Source of the DNA: an uncultured delta proteobacterium
GTDB taxonomy: Bacteria > Desulfobacterota > Desulfomonilia > UBA1062
Length of the DNA stretch: 64,000 nt
Assembly (NCBI GenBank): GCA_963798485.1
Contig: CAWCTR010000017.1
Span: 128,001 to 192,000 of the forward strand
Direction of reading: 5' to 3'
The position numbers and the translations under genes were made by a program. This document shows positions 27,566-37,096 of this stretch, in pieces (the first letter of the stretch is position 1; each line of letters starts with the position of its first letter). Under the pieces are notes generated by a model. It saw nothing but the letters and a program-made list of their open reading frames with translations. It ran no database searches and had not been told where the DNA came from.

Positions 27566-29428
27566 ATGCAGATGGAATCTATAAGGTCTTTCGAGCAGCT
27601 GGAACAGTATAGAGGGAGACTCAAGGCATCAGTGAACGCAGATCTCCCCACGGTCATGATTTGCTTCGGCACGGGCTGCCAGGCGAACGGCTCCCGCGAA
27701 GTGGCCGATGCCTTTGCCGAGGAGATCAAGCAGCAAGGGCTCAAGGTGAATGTGGAAATCGGGCTCAAAACCACCGGTTGCCATGGATACTGCGAGAATG
27801 GTCCGCTGGTTGCGCTTCGTCCGAGCGATATCCTCTATCTGAGGGTGGCTCCTAAAGATGTCCCCGAGATCGTGGAAAAAAGCATCAAGAACAATGAGGT
27901 CATTGAGCGGCTCGTCTATACGGATGTGAACACCAAAGAGAAGATCGCCCAGTACCAGAGCATACCCTTCTATAAATTCCAGAAGCGCATAGCACTTAGG
28001 AATATCGGGCATATCGACCCGACATCCATCGACGATTACCTGCTCTCTGATGGATATAAGGGTCTTTCCAAGGCACTCACCATGGACTCGGAGGCCATCA
28101 TAAAGGAAGTCGAGGCCTCGGGTCTGAGGGGGCGCGGAGGCGGAGGGTTCCCCACGGGCACCAAATGGCGCTCCTGCAAGGCCGTAGAATCTGATGTCCG
28201 CTATGTCATGTGCAACGGCGACGAGGGCGACCCGGGTGCATTCATGGACCGTTCCATCATGGAAGGCGATCCGCATTCCGTGCTGGAGGGTATGATCATC
28301 GGCGGGTATGCAGTAGGCGCACATATGGGTTACATCTACGTGCGCGATGAATACCCCCTTGCCGTGAAAAACCTTCAGGGTGCACTCCAGGAAGCCAGGA
28401 AAGCAGGCTTCATCGGGAAGGACATCCTGGGATCGGGCTTTGATTTTGATATAAAGATCAGCAGGGGCGGAGGCGCGTTCGTCTGCGGTGAGTCTTCGGC
28501 GCTTATGAGATCGCTGGAAGGCAAGGTGGGCGAGCCCAGGGCAAAATACATCCGCTCTGTTGAAAAAGGTCTCTATGACAAACCCTCCGTGCTCAACAAC
28601 GTGGAAACCTGGAACAATGTTCCGGTGATCATGTTGAACGGCGCCGATTGGTATGCAGGGTTCGGCACCAAAGGCTCCAAGGGGACGAAGGTATTCTCCC
28701 TGGTGGGCAAGGTGAACAACACCGGCTTGGTGGAGGTGCCAATGGGCATCACCATCAAAGAGCTCGTAGAGAAGATCGGCGGCGGGGTACTGGGCGGCAA
28801 AGGATTCAAGGCCGTGCAGACCGGCGGACCATCCGGCGGATGCATCCCGAAGAAGCTCTCGGACCTTCCTATAGACTTTGACAGCCTTACCGAGGTCGGG
28901 TCCATGATGGGCTCCGGCGGTATTATCGTCATGGACGAAGACACCTGCATGGTGGATGTGGCCAAGTATTTCATTCACTTCCTTGTAGAGGAGTCGTGCG
29001 GAAAGTGTACGCCCTGCAGGGACGGGCTGCCCAGGATGCTGAGCATCCTCACCGCCATTACAGAAGGAAAAGGCAAAGAAGGCGACATAGAGGCCCTTAA
29101 AGAACTCTGCGATGTACTCAGTTACGGAGCCCTGTGCGGATTGGGGACTTCGGCGGCGAACCCGGTGCTCTCTACCATCAAGTATTTCGAGGACGAGTAT
29201 ATTGCCCATATCAAAGACAAGAAATGTCCTGCCGGTGTATGCAAGAAACTGATCACCTACCGGATCGACAAGGAAGCATGCACGGGATGCACGCTGTGTG
29301 CGAAAAAGTGCCCCCAGGAATGCATCATGGGCGAGCGCAAACTGGCGCATATTATTGATGAGAGCCAGTGCATCAGGTGCGGCGTATGCAAAGACGTCTG
29401 TAACTTCAATGCTGTCAGGATCGAATAG
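27566..29428 (+). CDS. NuoF/HydB-like FMN- and NADH-binding subunit with N-terminal [2Fe-2S] and C-terminal 2x[4Fe-4S]
   Basis: [64 protein letters not shown]. Confidence 0.94.
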   Translation: MQMESIRSFEQLEQYRGRLKASVNADLPTVMICFGTGCQANGSREVADAFAEEIKQQGLKVNVEIGLKTTGCHGYCENGPLVALRPSDILYLRVAPKDVPEIVEKSIKNNEVIERLVYTDVNTKEKIAQYQSIPFYKFQKRIALRNIGHIDPTSIDDYLLSDGYKGLSKALTMDSEAIIKEVEASGLRGRGGGGFPTGTKWRSCKAVESDVRYVMCNGDEGDPGAFMDRSIMEGDPHSVLEGMIIGGYAVGAHMGYIYVRDEYPLAVKNLQGALQEARKAGFIGKDILGSGFDFDIKISRGGGAFVCGESSALMRSLEGKVGEPRAKYIRSVEKGLYDKPSVLNNVETWNNVPVIMLNGADWYAGFGTKGSKGTKVFSLVGKVNNTGLVEVPMGITIKELVEKIGGGVLGGKGFKAVQTGGPSGGCIPKKLSDLPIDFDSLTEVGSMMGSGGIIVMDEDTCMVDVAKYFIHFLVEESCGKCTPCRDGLPRMLSILTAITEGKGKEGDIEALKELCDVLSYGALCGLGTSAANPVLSTIKYFEDEYIAHIKDKKCPAGVCKKLITYRIDKEACTGCTLCAKKCPQECIMGERKLAHIIDESQCIRCGVCKDVCNFNAVRIE

Positions 29429-29437
29429 GAAGCTGCC

Positions 29438-30166
29438 ATGGAAAACGTCAAAATCATCATAAACGGACGAGAGGTCGAAGCTGTCAAGGATCAGAGCGTT
29501 CTGGACGTAGCGAGGGAGAACGGTATTCATATACCTGCCCTGTGCTATCATCCTGAAGTTACCTCGAGCGGCGGCTCCTGCCGTGTATGCCTCGTGGAGG
29601 CTCATCAGGGCGGGAAGATGAGGCTCGTCACCTCCTGCAATTACCCGGTGAGGAAAGGGCTTGAGATAAAGACCGATACGGACCTCGTGAAAAGGATTCG
29701 CAAAGGCGTGCTTGAACTCCTGCTTTCGAGGGTTCCGGACTCCGACGTGATCAAGAATATGGCCCTGAAAGACGGCATTACCCAGCCCCGGTTTTTCACG
29801 GATGAAGGTGAGGAGAACCGCTACAAGTGCATCTCATGCGGGCTCTGTGCGGCTGTATGCGAAGAGGTGGTGGGAGTCAGTGCCATTTCCATGCTGAACA
29901 GGAGCCGCGACAAGGCGCCTGGAACACCCTATAATAAACCGAGCACTACCTGCATCGGATGTGGTGCGTGCGCATATGCCTGTCCCACTAAGGCCATCTC
30001 CATGAGAGACAAGGATGATACCAGGAGGATCTGGGGAAAGCAGTTCACCATGATCAAGTGCAGTGTGTGCGGCATGCCGTATATCCCCGATGCGCAGGTG
30101 GATTGGATCGTCAAGACTACAGGCAAGGACAGGGCGTTCTTCGATAAATGTCCCGACCATCGGTAA
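29438..30166 (+). CDS. Short NuoG/HydA N-terminal-like Fe-S subunit without catalytic domain
   Basis: [2Fe-2S] IPALC...CRVCLV...SC, two [4Fe-4S] motifs, C-terminal CSVC...CPDH; only 242 aa with no H-cluster or molybdopterin domain. Confidence 0.88.
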   Translation: MENVKIIINGREVEAVKDQSVLDVARENGIHIPALCYHPEVTSSGGSCRVCLVEAHQGGKMRLVTSCNYPVRKGLEIKTDTDLVKRIRKGVLELLLSRVPDSDVIKNMALKDGITQPRFFTDEGEENRYKCISCGLCAAVCEEVVGVSAISMLNRSRDKAPGTPYNKPSTTCIGCGACAYACPTKAISMRDKDDTRRIWGKQFTMIKCSVCGMPYIPDAQVDWIVKTTGKDRAFFDKCPDHR

Positions 30167-30351
30167 CACGTAGGCCTGTTCTAAACCCTTTTCTTGGACC
30201 GGGCATGTGTTTGGTCTTTGGTGAATCTCTAAGCCCCGGCCGATTCTCAGGGGAACCATCGCACCATCCAAAGGTCTTTCGTCTTTCATTGACAGGGAAT
30301 ACCGGGATTGGATAGCATAGGGTTCGGCTAGAACGTTTTGGAGAAGAGAGC

Positions 30352-31821
30352 ATGTTGGAATTGATATCCGATGGATTTCGCAAGGCCCAGAATATCTTCC
30401 AGGGCAAGGTCACTATTCAGGAAAAGCACATCGAGGACGCCTTAAAAGAGATCCGGATCTCGCTGTTGGAAGCGGATGTGGAATTCCATGTGGTCAAGGA
30501 ATTTATCGATAAGGTCAAAGATAAGGCCCTTGGTGAGATCGTTCACACAAAGGTCACCCATGGCGGAAAGAAGCTGAAGGTCTCCCCGGAGCAGCATTTT
30601 GTAAAGATCTGCTATGATGAACTCGTGGGTATCATGGGCCCTGTCGATACCTCGTTGAAACTGACCGGCCGTGTGGTGAGCGCGGTCATGATGGTAGGGC
30701 TTCAGGGAAGCGGCAAGACCACTACGACTGCAAAGCTTGCGCGGTTCATCCAGAAAATGGGCAAGAAGCCCATGATGGTTGCCGCCGACGTATACCGCCC
30801 TGCAGCCATTGACCAGCTCAAGGTCTTAGGGGGCCGGCTCGACATCCCCGTGTTCTATGCCCCGGGCAAGACCCCTGTCCAAATCTGCAAGGACGCTATG
30901 GAGGCGGCCCAGATCAAGGGCTGTGATGTCGTGCTCTTCGATACCGCAGGCCGGACTATTCTTGATGATACCCTCATGCAGGAGCTGGAGGATATCAAGA
31001 ACGCCACAGGGCCGGAAAATATCCTGCTCGTCGTGGATGCCATGATCGGCCAGGAGTCGGTGAATGTTGCCAAGGAGTTTGACCGAAGGCTTGACCTATC
31101 GGGTTTCATTCTCACGAAGCTCGACGGTGACGCGAGAGGCGGTGCTGCGCTTTCCATCAAGGAAGTTACCAAGAAACCCGTGAAATATCTTGGCATGGGC
31201 GAGTCTCTGGACAAGCTCGAGGAATTCCGTCCCGACGGCCTCGCATCGCGCATACTCGGACATGGCGACATCGTCGGGCTGGTGAAGGACTTCGAAGAGG
31301 TCATAGACGAGAAGAAGGCAGAGGAAGATGCCGCAAAGCTCATGCGGGGAGACTTCTCGTTCGACGATTTTCTCAAGCAGCTCAAGATGATGAAAAAGAT
31401 GGGCTCACTCACGGACATCATCGGCAAGCTGCCGCTGGGCCAGTTCGGGCTGCCCCAGGGTGTCCAGGTGGACGACCGGGAGCTTGTCCGGGTGGAGGCC
31501 ATCATCCACTCTATGACAACCTACGAGAGGGAGAACCCGGACTGCCTGAACGATAGCCGTATCAACCGTATTGCCAAGGGATGCGGCCAGCCCAGACAGA
31601 GGATAACAGAACTCATTACGCGCTTTAGCACCATGCGGCAGATCATGCAGGGCCTGGGTATGGGAAAGAAGAAGGTCCTCTCCAGGCTCGGGGTGAATCC
31701 GAATATCGCAGGCATCCTGGAAAAGGGCGCACCTAAGCCGCCCAAAAAAAACCTGGTGGATCTGAAGAGACGCAAGGATAAGAAGAAGGCTTCAAAGAAG
31801 TCCAAGAAACATAACCGCTGA
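30352..31821 (+). CDS. ffh: Signal recognition particle protein Ffh
   Basis: LLEADV, GLQGSGKT, DTAGR, TKLDGDARGG, M-domain IIHSMT. Confidence 0.95.
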   Translation: MLELISDGFRKAQNIFQGKVTIQEKHIEDALKEIRISLLEADVEFHVVKEFIDKVKDKALGEIVHTKVTHGGKKLKVSPEQHFVKICYDELVGIMGPVDTSLKLTGRVVSAVMMVGLQGSGKTTTTAKLARFIQKMGKKPMMVAADVYRPAAIDQLKVLGGRLDIPVFYAPGKTPVQICKDAMEAAQIKGCDVVLFDTAGRTILDDTLMQELEDIKNATGPENILLVVDAMIGQESVNVAKEFDRRLDLSGFILTKLDGDARGGAALSIKEVTKKPVKYLGMGESLDKLEEFRPDGLASRILGHGDIVGLVKDFEEVIDEKKAEEDAAKLMRGDFSFDDFLKQLKMMKKMGSLTDIIGKLPLGQFGLPQGVQVDDRELVRVEAIIHSMTTYERENPDCLNDSRINRIAKGCGQPRQRITELITRFSTMRQIMQGLGMGKKKVLSRLGVNPNIAGILEKGAPKPPKKNLVDLKRRKDKKKASKKSKKHNR

Positions 31822-31887
31822 AGTACAGTGTCGCGAGCAAGCACATGTAATTTATTATGGGTTAGGTCTAAGGGGACAAGGGAGACC

Positions 31888-33864
31888 ATGGAAAATAAGG
31901 AGCTCATCATCTTCCGAAGGATTAATGAGGCCATTTCCCTTGCCCCTGATGTCGAGGCTGTGGCCCGGTCTATCCTGGACATCGTTATTGACGATACCCC
32001 GGCGGAGAATGCCTCTATCATGATGCCCACGTCCGACAACTTAAGGCTTGAGATCAAGGCCGCCAAGGGGAGGAAAGATAAAAGAAGCCGTTATTCGGAA
32101 GAATCGCTCGGCCAGGTATTCTCCATCGGGGAGGGTATTGCGGGTGTGGCGGCGCTCGGCGGCAAGCCCATCATCATCCACGATACTTCAAAGGATGAAA
32201 GGTTCCAGGCCAGGGACAGCAAGATCAATATCGGGTCCATCCTAAGCCTACCCCTCATTTACAACAAGGACGAGCTTGTGGGTGTTCTCAATCTGAGTCA
32301 TCCAAAGGCCTTTGCCTTTGAAGACGAGGATCTCCATCTGATCTCCATACTGCTCTCTCCAGCAGCCCTGGCGCTCAGGAATGCCAAGCTTATGAGGGAG
32401 GTGGAAGAGATCAATAGAATGCTCAAAGCCGAGCTTTCCATGACAGACAAGGCCATGCTGGAATTCGGTAAGAGCATTCTCAAGGTATTCAACTGGATGT
32501 CAATGGGGGTGCTCACCACGGATACAAAGGGCATCATCACCACCATGAACAAGCGGGCGTCCGAGATGATCGGAAAAAGGGCGGGAGAGAGCCTGGCCGA
32601 TATTGTCGGCGATACGGTTATACAGAAGATCGTATCCGACAAGGAGGGGGCTACGCTTGATGTTGAGGCCAAGGGAAAGATCTTCAGTTTTGACCTTTCA
32701 CCCTTGCCGCTGAAACCGTCCTGGCAGGTGGTGGCATGTATCAGGGACGTAACGCTCGAGCGGTTTAAAGAGAAAGAGCTCGTTCGTGTCAAGGACCAAT
32801 ACAAGGACATGGTGGAAAAGGCTATTGACGCCGTCTACATCATCAAGAACGGGCGCTTCCTGCTCGTAAACAGAAAGTTCCAGGAGATGCTCGGCTATGA
32901 GCCCGATGAGATCCTGAATAAACATTTCAGGCGCATCGTTGCAAAAGAATCCATCCATGCATTGGCTGATGCGCTCAGGTCACAGAAGGGAAATATATTT
33001 GTGCCAAACCTCGAACTCCAGGCCATACGCAAGGATGGCCAGAGGGTCTATCTTGAGATTTCTATCGGAAGGCTGATGATAGAAGACGATGAGTGTTATG
33101 TAGGGGTAGTCCGCGATATCTCCAGCAAAAAAGAATTGCTCACTTTAAAGACCAGGTTCCTGAATGTAGCCTCCCACGAGATACGTGTGCCTTTAACCGT
33201 GATCAGGGGGTACGGAAGGATGCTGGCCCGCGATAAGGAGTGCGTCCTTAGTGATGGACAGAAAGAGTGCGTTGATGAGATCGAGAAGCAGTGTGAGAAA
33301 CTGCTTCTCTTTTCCAACTCTTTGCTGGATTTTGCAAAGATCCATTCCGAGAAGTTCGTCCTGAATCGGGAGAAGGTCGCTGTCGGTGACTATATTCAAA
33401 GGATAGTCAGGAACATGCAGATCGGCATCCGCGACAAGAAAATAACCATAACCTTCGAGGATACAGGCGGCATTGACACCTTATTCATAGACCCCATCCG
33501 GTTTGAGCAGGCCCTCACGAACCTCATTGATAATGCCGTAAAGCACTCCCCTGAGGCATCCGAGGTAACGGTAAGCATCGGTAAGGCAAAATCCGATAGC
33601 GAGGCACTGAGGATGTTTCTGAACCAGGAGTGCGCCGTTATCTCAGTGCGTGATCAGGGGCCGGGCATCAGGGCCGATGAGGCCAGGGAACTTTTCAGCG
33701 ATTTTTTTGTGGGCGCAAGCGGTAGGGCCAAAGGAGGCATAGGGCTCGGGCTTGCCATTACCAAGGAGATCGTACATGCCCATGGCGGCCAGGTGGAGGC
33801 CAGGGCATCGGATTCGGGTGGATATTTTGTAATCACAATACCCTTGAAGTTGCAGGATTATTAA
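31888..33864 (+). CDS. Cytoplasmic GAF-PAS-PAS sensor histidine kinase
   Basis: GAF (GEGIAG), PAS (RKDG), H-box SHEIRVPLT, NLIDNAVKHS, DQGPGI, GLGLAI. Confidence 0.92.
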   Translation: MENKELIIFRRINEAISLAPDVEAVARSILDIVIDDTPAENASIMMPTSDNLRLEIKAAKGRKDKRSRYSEESLGQVFSIGEGIAGVAALGGKPIIIHDTSKDERFQARDSKINIGSILSLPLIYNKDELVGVLNLSHPKAFAFEDEDLHLISILLSPAALALRNAKLMREVEEINRMLKAELSMTDKAMLEFGKSILKVFNWMSMGVLTTDTKGIITTMNKRASEMIGKRAGESLADIVGDTVIQKIVSDKEGATLDVEAKGKIFSFDLSPLPLKPSWQVVACIRDVTLERFKEKELVRVKDQYKDMVEKAIDAVYIIKNGRFLLVNRKFQEMLGYEPDEILNKHFRRIVAKESIHALADALRSQKGNIFVPNLELQAIRKDGQRVYLEISIGRLMIEDDECYVGVVRDISSKKELLTLKTRFLNVASHEIRVPLTVIRGYGRMLARDKECVLSDGQKECVDEIEKQCEKLLLFSNSLLDFAKIHSEKFVLNREKVAVGDYIQRIVRNMQIGIRDKKITITFEDTGGIDTLFIDPIRFEQALTNLIDNAVKHSPEASEVTVSIGKAKSDSEALRMFLNQECAVISVRDQGPGIRADEARELFSDFFVGASGRAKGGIGLGLAITKEIVHAHGGQVEARASDSGGYFVITIPLKLQDY

Positions 33865-33900
33865 TGTATTTTGTATCTTGCGATATATAGGGCAAGAATA

Positions 33901-35322
33901 ATGATGAGAGAAAATATCAGGATACTGGTTGTTGATGATGACGAGAGCATACGGAGGTACATCGTCAAGCTGCTTACCCAGGGTGGGTATGATGTCTATG
34001 CGGTTCCAAGCGGCAAAGACGCACTGAAGGAACTGAGGGCAGGCCAGGAATTCTCGCTGGCCATCCTTGATATCCTCATGCCCGACATGGACGGACTGGA
34101 GACGCTCGGTGAAATCAGGAAGATATCCAAGGACCTTCCAATCCTCATGCTTTCCGCCTTGGGGCAGACCACCATTATCGTGAAGGCCATGAAGGCGGGT
34201 GCAACCGATTATCTGGTGAAGCCCTTTGAAGAAGAGGAACTCGAACTTGCCATCACCAAATCCCTGGAAAAGAGAAGGCTGCTCTCCGAGATAACGAGTC
34301 TGAGAAAACAGCTCCGCGTGGATGAGCTCAAGGGCGATTTCATCTATAACAGCCCCAAGATGCAGAAGGTGAAGGACCTCACGGACCAGGTGGCCGAGAC
34401 GGATGTGAGCGTGCTTATCGAGGGTGAGAGCGGCACCGGCAAAGAGCTCGTAGCGCGGGCGCTCCACTACAAATCGCGGTTGAAGGACAAACCCTTTATA
34501 AAGGTCAACTGCGCTGCCTTGCCCCATGAACTCCTGGAGTCGGAACTCTTCGGCTACGAGCGGGGCGCCTTTACCGGGGCATACCGGTCCAAACCCGGCA
34601 AATTCGAGCTTGCCAACAACGGGACGATCTTTCTTGATGAGATAGGCGAAATGGACCTCAGCATCCAGTCCAAACTCCTGCAGGTGCTCCAGGAAGGCAC
34701 CTTTTCACGCCTCGGCGGCAAACAGGACGTTCAGGTGAATGTCCGCATAATAACCGCCACAAACAGAGACTTGAAGAAGGCCATCGAGCAGGGGACCTTC
34801 CGGGAGGACATCTATTATAGACTGAATGTCGTGAGCATTCACATCCCCCCCCTGACCGAAAGGAGAGAGGATATCACCTATCTGTTTGAGTATTTTCTGG
34901 ACACCTACAATGAGAAGTATGGGAAGAACATCCAGGTCAACAAGGAGGACATGTATCCCATGCTGATAGCCTACCAATGGCCGGGAAATGTAAGAGAGCT
35001 GAAGAATCAGGTCAAACGGCTCGTGATCTTGGGAAATATCGAAGAGATGGTCCTTTATTTGAAGGGCGGAAGCAGTATTATTGTGGAGAAGAGGTCTCAG
35101 GATGTCAAGGACCGGGTTCTTGAGATGATTACCCCTAATGATCCGGACGAGATAGTACCGCTCAAGCTTGCAGCCAAGGAGGCAACGGTCAAGGCCGAGA
35201 GGGACATGATCTTGAAGGCGCTGCGTGGAACGAACTGGAACAAAAAGAAGGCGGCCAATCTCCTCCAGGTGAGTTATAAGGCGCTCCTATACAAGATCAA
35301 AGAATGCGGGATCGAGAAATGA
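33901..35322 (+). CDS. Sigma54-dependent response regulator (NtrC family)
   Basis: Intact [37 protein letters not shown]. Confidence 0.94.
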   Translation: MMRENIRILVVDDDESIRRYIVKLLTQGGYDVYAVPSGKDALKELRAGQEFSLAILDILMPDMDGLETLGEIRKISKDLPILMLSALGQTTIIVKAMKAGATDYLVKPFEEEELELAITKSLEKRRLLSEITSLRKQLRVDELKGDFIYNSPKMQKVKDLTDQVAETDVSVLIEGESGTGKELVARALHYKSRLKDKPFIKVNCAALPHELLESELFGYERGAFTGAYRSKPGKFELANNGTIFLDEIGEMDLSIQSKLLQVLQEGTFSRLGGKQDVQVNVRIITATNRDLKKAIEQGTFREDIYYRLNVVSIHIPPLTERREDITYLFEYFLDTYNEKYGKNIQVNKEDMYPMLIAYQWPGNVRELKNQVKRLVILGNIEEMVLYLKGGSSIIVEKRSQDVKDRVLEMITPNDPDEIVPLKLAAKEATVKAERDMILKALRGTNWNKKKAANLLQVSYKALLYKIKECGIEK

Positions 35323-35336
35323 AAAGGGGGCTGGCG

Positions 35337-35879
35337 ATGAAAAGGCACCTATGGTGTCTGCTTTTGTATATGCTGATGCCTTTGAGTATGACTGCCCAGG
35401 AATCGAGCTACCTTATCGGGGAATCGGATCTGCTGGAGATATCGGTCTGGGGTGAGCAAAATCTTTCGAGACAGGTAACAGTGAGGACTGATGGTTTTAT
35501 ATCTTTACCGCTTATCGGTGACATCGAGGCTGCCGGGAAGACACCGCCGAAACTGAAATCCGACCTTGAAGCCGGGCTATCGAAATACATCAAGGATCCA
35601 CGATGCGCAGTAATTGTCTTAGAGCCCCGGAGCAAGAGATACTATGTCCAGGGAGAGGTTACCCGTCCCGGTCAGTATACTCTTGATCAACAGCTCTCCC
35701 TTACCCAGATCATCCCCATTGCCGGAGGATTCACCCAGTTTGCCGATAAGGGGTCCATTGTCATTATCCGTATCGAGGGGGAGAAGAAGATAAGGATGGA
35801 AGTCAATTATAAAAAAATACTCAAGGGTAAGAACGAGGACGTCCCCATCAAGCCGGGAGATACCATTATAGTCCCGTGA
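35337..35879 (+). CDS. Short periplasmic OPX (Wza-family) polysaccharide export protein
   Basis: Poly_export motif YLIGESDLLEISVW...DGFISLPLIG, SLBB domain ending PGDTIIVP; no lipobox and no C-terminal outer-membrane helix. Confidence 0.88.
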   Translation: MKRHLWCLLLYMLMPLSMTAQESSYLIGESDLLEISVWGEQNLSRQVTVRTDGFISLPLIGDIEAAGKTPPKLKSDLEAGLSKYIKDPRCAVIVLEPRSKRYYVQGEVTRPGQYTLDQQLSLTQIIPIAGGFTQFADKGSIVIIRIEGEKKIRMEVNYKKILKGKNEDVPIKPGDTIIVP

Positions 35880-37096
35880 GGAAGCATGCGCTCCTTGGTA
35901 TCCTTGGCTTGGTTTGCGTCCTGTTGTCAGGACATGATCTTCTGGCCTTTACCTTTGAGGCCCATCCAGGCCTCTATACATCCTATGAATATACGGATAA
36001 CTACCGGGGGACTGTGCAAAATGAGCAGGGTGATAGTATCTATTATATAGGGCCGAGCCTGGGATTAACGTGCACGTCTCCCTCTACGAACTTTGACCTC
36101 ACCGGAAGGTATACCAAGGGTTTTCACTATAGGTTTTCCGAGGACGACAGTCCTGATATAAACCTTATAACACATGCCTCTTTCACAGCACCGCGACAGG
36201 AAACCAGGTTTTCCTATGAGTTTGACCAGACATTGACACGGGAAAGCCTGAACGAGCCCTTTGGCGAGGTAAAGCGAAACATCGGGAGCATCGGCTACAC
36301 TGACGCGCTGACCCAAAATACAAGCATTAGTGCGGGGGGAAATATCCTGACAGAAAAATGGAATAGTGCTGCAGTAGGTGCGCAGGACTTGTTAAACTCG
36401 GGCGGAAATGTAGGTATCACCCATCAATTGAATCCCCTGGACACAATCTCTTTTACGGCGCGGAGAGATTATTACTGCTATGAGATCAACCAGGATGTCA
36501 TAGAAACGAAAGGTACGATGGATATCAAGCATGTTTTATCACCGGTTTTCAGTCTCGGCCTTGGCACTGTCTACAACCATGACGACAGGGGGCATGACCC
36601 CAGTGATGACCGTTATGATGCCAACCTGACGGGGCAATACAAAATGAATCAGTCCACAATGATGAGTGTTACAGGTGGCTACAGCTGGCTTATCATGGAG
36701 CGGCAGGATCGCCAAGCATCCTATATTACGAGCGTATCCCTTGACAAAAGCCTGAAGGAAGACCAATTCCATTTGAGTATTGCAAAGGGATATACTACAG
36801 AATTTACTACCAACTTCTATGGCACCTATGATACTAAAAGTGCTTCGCTCTCCTGGGTAAAACAGTGGGCGCACACATGGTCTTCTTCTACAGGTATTAC
36901 GATTTCTGAGCAAAAACCCACAAAGGGAACAGCAGGCGAGGATGAGACGGATTCCAACGCAAATATCTTGCTTACCTGGAAACCCATTGAATATTTCACA
37001 GGGGACCTTAAATATGAACATCTTCAGACAAAATATAGGACTTCAGGCACAGTACAGGAAAACCGATATACAATGGCAATAGAGGTGAGATATTGA
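35876..37096 (+). CDS. Outer-membrane beta-barrel associated with polysaccharide export
   Basis: Signal peptide, alternating aromatic-rich strands, YTDN motif, C-terminal ENRYTMAIEVRY; coupled to OPX and PCP genes. Confidence 0.75.
   Translation: MRKHALLGILGLVCVLLSGHDLLAFTFEAHPGLYTSYEYTDNYRGTVQNEQGDSIYYIGPSLGLTCTSPSTNFDLTGRYTKGFHYRFSEDDSPDINLITHASFTAPRQETRFSYEFDQTLTRESLNEPFGEVKRNIGSIGYTDALTQNTSISAGGNILTEKWNSAAVGAQDLLNSGGNVGITHQLNPLDTISFTARRDYYCYEINQDVIETKGTMDIKHVLSPVFSLGLGTVYNHDDRGHDPSDDRYDANLTGQYKMNQSTMMSVTGGYSWLIMERQDRQASYITSVSLDKSLKEDQFHLSIAKGYTTEFTTNFYGTYDTKSASLSWVKQWAHTWSSSTGITISEQKPTKGTAGEDETDSNANILLTWKPIEYFTGDLKYEHLQTKYRTSGTVQENRYTMAIEVRY

Noticed and set aside
27629-29605. 658-aa antisense ORF and the many other overlapping ORFs in the track
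   Set aside because: Shadows of well-supported genes on the opposite strand or frame, with no recognisable motifs
27100-30166. Respiratory complex I nuoEFG or an [FeFe]-hydrogenase
   Set aside because: No membrane or quinone-module nuo genes nearby, and the third subunit lacks H-cluster motifs and the NuoG C-terminal domain
30167-30351. SRP RNA (ffs) upstream of ffh
   Set aside because: No conserved domain IV motif (CAGG...GGAA...AGCAG) found on either strand
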